This document shows positions 62,316 to 64,000 of a DNA stretch of 64,000 nucleotides, one piece after another. The translations under genes and the position numbers were made by a program. Position 1 is the first letter of the stretch. Each line of letters opens with the position of its first letter. Source of the DNA: Proteromonas lacertae. Taxonomy: Eukaryota. The notes under the pieces were generated by a model. The model saw nothing but the letters and a program-made list of their open reading frames with translations, was not told where the DNA came from and searched no databases. Location of the stretch: assembly GCA_002245135.1 (NCBI GenBank), contig NGBS01000616.1, positions 1 through 64,000 on the forward strand, in the 5' to 3' direction.

Positions 62316-63438
62316 TTAATATATACTCCACACAGCTATTCTACCACTACGACTACCTGCACATATTAAATTAGATTTTGAACTCATAGTCAACGCAGTG
62401 ATTGAATCATCGAAATAAAGTAAATTGGCTAAAGGTTTCATGTTTTTCATCTGGTAAACTCTAATCATTCCATCCCAGCCACCAGTTGCAAATATTTTAT
62501 TGTCATATCTTATTTTTATTGAAGAAATTCCTTGATGAGGAATTGAAACATTTTTTATCAACTCACTTTTCTTCTATTAAAATATATATGAATAATAATA
62601 ATAAATACACTTTGATAATCAAGTATATTACAGTAAATATTAGTTGAAGCACCTCCACTAACAATCTTATCAAGTGAAGGAGTAGGCGATATATCAAAGG
62701 ATATACAAGTCTCTTTCTCATTTGTATAATTAATTATGAAAGTTTCACTCTTCACATCATAAACATATATCGATCCATCTTCATTAGATATGTAAATATA
62801 ATCAGTTCCATTCATTATTGACTCTTCATATTTAGTATACATTATCATTCCTGTAGTTGATGGTAATTCAATGTGTTTTACAACTGATTTATTTCTTATA
62901 TCAAATATTGATAGCTATTTATATTATATTACTTATATGAAAATTATTATACTTCATGATTACTATTTGTTGGAGTAATAAAGAGTGAAGAATTTCCTTC
63001 TTTATAACAGCATTATAACATATTTATATAAATATATACGAGAAGAATGATAAACGCATGGAGGACAAAATGATAATGATTCTACTTCTACTTCATATTC
63101 TTTACTACCACTTTCAATATCATATATTCTTATATATTCATCTTTTCCATTACTAATTAAGGATTTATTATTCAACATATCAAAACCTATCATTCCAATA
63201 CTATGACAATTCTATTCAAATAACTATAACAACTTCATTCATACATCTATTCTATTCATTAATTTGTAATTTGTTAAGTTATAAAATAAATAACTTCCCG
63301 AATTAGTACTATTCTATGTTATTGATAAAAATACCTTTCGATTAACAATGAATTATTACCTTCTACTGTTTTCAAACAACTTGGAGAACTTGTTTCATTT
63401 CGAATTACAAACACAGGATCAGGAGGTGGTTTTGGCAT
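62316..63438 (-). CDS. GNB1L: GNB1L/ASA1-like WD40 protein
   Basis: N-terminus MPKPPPDPVFVIR; LISNGKD, SFCP; C-terminus GISSIKIRYDNKIFATGGWDGMIRVY..K.MKPLA.L...AGSRSGRIAVWSIY. Multi-exon. Confidence 0.85.
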
Positions 63439-63461
63439 TGTTTTAATAAATTTCAATTTTA

Positions 63462-64000
63462 TGGTTATTCAAAAATTGTTTCAATAACCAAATTCATTTA
63501 TTCGTTTCAAAATACAAAAAACAAAAAATAATGAATAAAATATGTTATATTAGAATATGAATAATAGATGTAAGTGTCTTAGTTAATTTCATTTCTACAC
63601 AACTCTTCATTCTTGACTTTTTCATCACACCATTTCTTTCCTGCATAAGGATAACCAAAACAAATTCCAGGAATGCAACAACTAAAGAATGCTCTAAACC
63701 CTTTTCCCAGTAAATTCTTTTCTATGACATCAATTATTGGTTGTGAATAAAAATCCTTCCTCACTTTTTTTAATTGTTTATAATATGTGTTATAGTTTTT
63801 AATTATTAATTCACAATCAGTCTGACAGGTATTACAGAATTGGGATAAAGCATAATGGAATTTTTGTACAAATTCCATTTCTTCAGGAATATTTAAAAAT
63901 ATAAACTTATATTTTGATTTCATGTTATTTAATTGTTTTTTAATACTTCTGTACAATTTCCAATTCAAATTACCATGTTTACCATATTTTAATCTATCAT
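63462..64000. repeat. Dispersed direct repeat of ~30821-31400 (gene 3' end plus ~117 bp downstream sequence ending in a hairpin)
   Basis: tggttattcaaaaat(a/t)gtttcaataaccaaattcatttattcgtttcaaaatacaaaaaacaaaaaataatg... occurs at both 30821 and 63462. Confidence 0.95.
63579..64000 (-). CDS. 3' end of a paralog of the 30938-33967 coiled-coil gene (runs off the window)
   Basis: Near-identical translation NWKLYR.IKKQLNNMKSKYKFIFLNIPEEMEFVQKFHYALSQFCNTCQTDCELII...KKWCDEKVKNEELCRNEIN. Confidence 0.9.
   Translation of the reverse strand, partial: DRLKYGKHGNLNWKLYRSIKKQLNNMKSKYKFIFLNIPEEMEFVQKFHYALSQFCNTCQTDCELIIKNYNTYYKQLKKVRKDFYSQPIIDVIEKNLLGKGFRAFFSCCIPGICFGYPYAGKKWCDEKVKNEELCRNEIN

Noticed and set aside
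1..64000. Alternative genetic code (stop-codon reassignment)
   Set aside because: Long conserved genes (phosphorylase, IFT122) are open under the standard code. TAA, TAG and TGA all appear as terminators, and apparent premature stops are explained by introns or indels.

Overview
This window is eukaryotic nuclear DNA. It is very AT-rich and gene-dense, uses the standard genetic code, and has many tiny (about 29-37 nt) GT-AG introns, so most ORF-track entries are exon fragments. I reconstruct about 25 genes. Ciliary genes: IFT122, CFAP91, DZIP1-like and a calmodulin-like protein. Housekeeping genes: glycogen phosphorylase, PFKFB, PABP, EXD2, POP-type organellar DNA polymerase, WDR44-like and GNB1L-like. 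Signalling and surface genes: a class C GPCR, a TmcB/C-like membrane protein and a glycosyltransferase. This gene set plus the intron size suggests a flagellated Blastocystis relative such as Proteromonas (inference, not proven). The standout is 3420-11708 (-). Five separately called ORFs splice together, needing one extra base in an A-run, into one ~2,700-aa protein: Crinkler/RHS-type NTPase-REase, Gln/Leu repeat stalk, second Crinkler NTPase module, then a C-terminal USP deubiquitinase. A cluster of BTB and RING genes lies nearby. An intron-poor orphan gene is duplicated 32.6 kb away, with homology ending at a hairpin. Many single-base frameshifts in conserved genes look like assembly indels.
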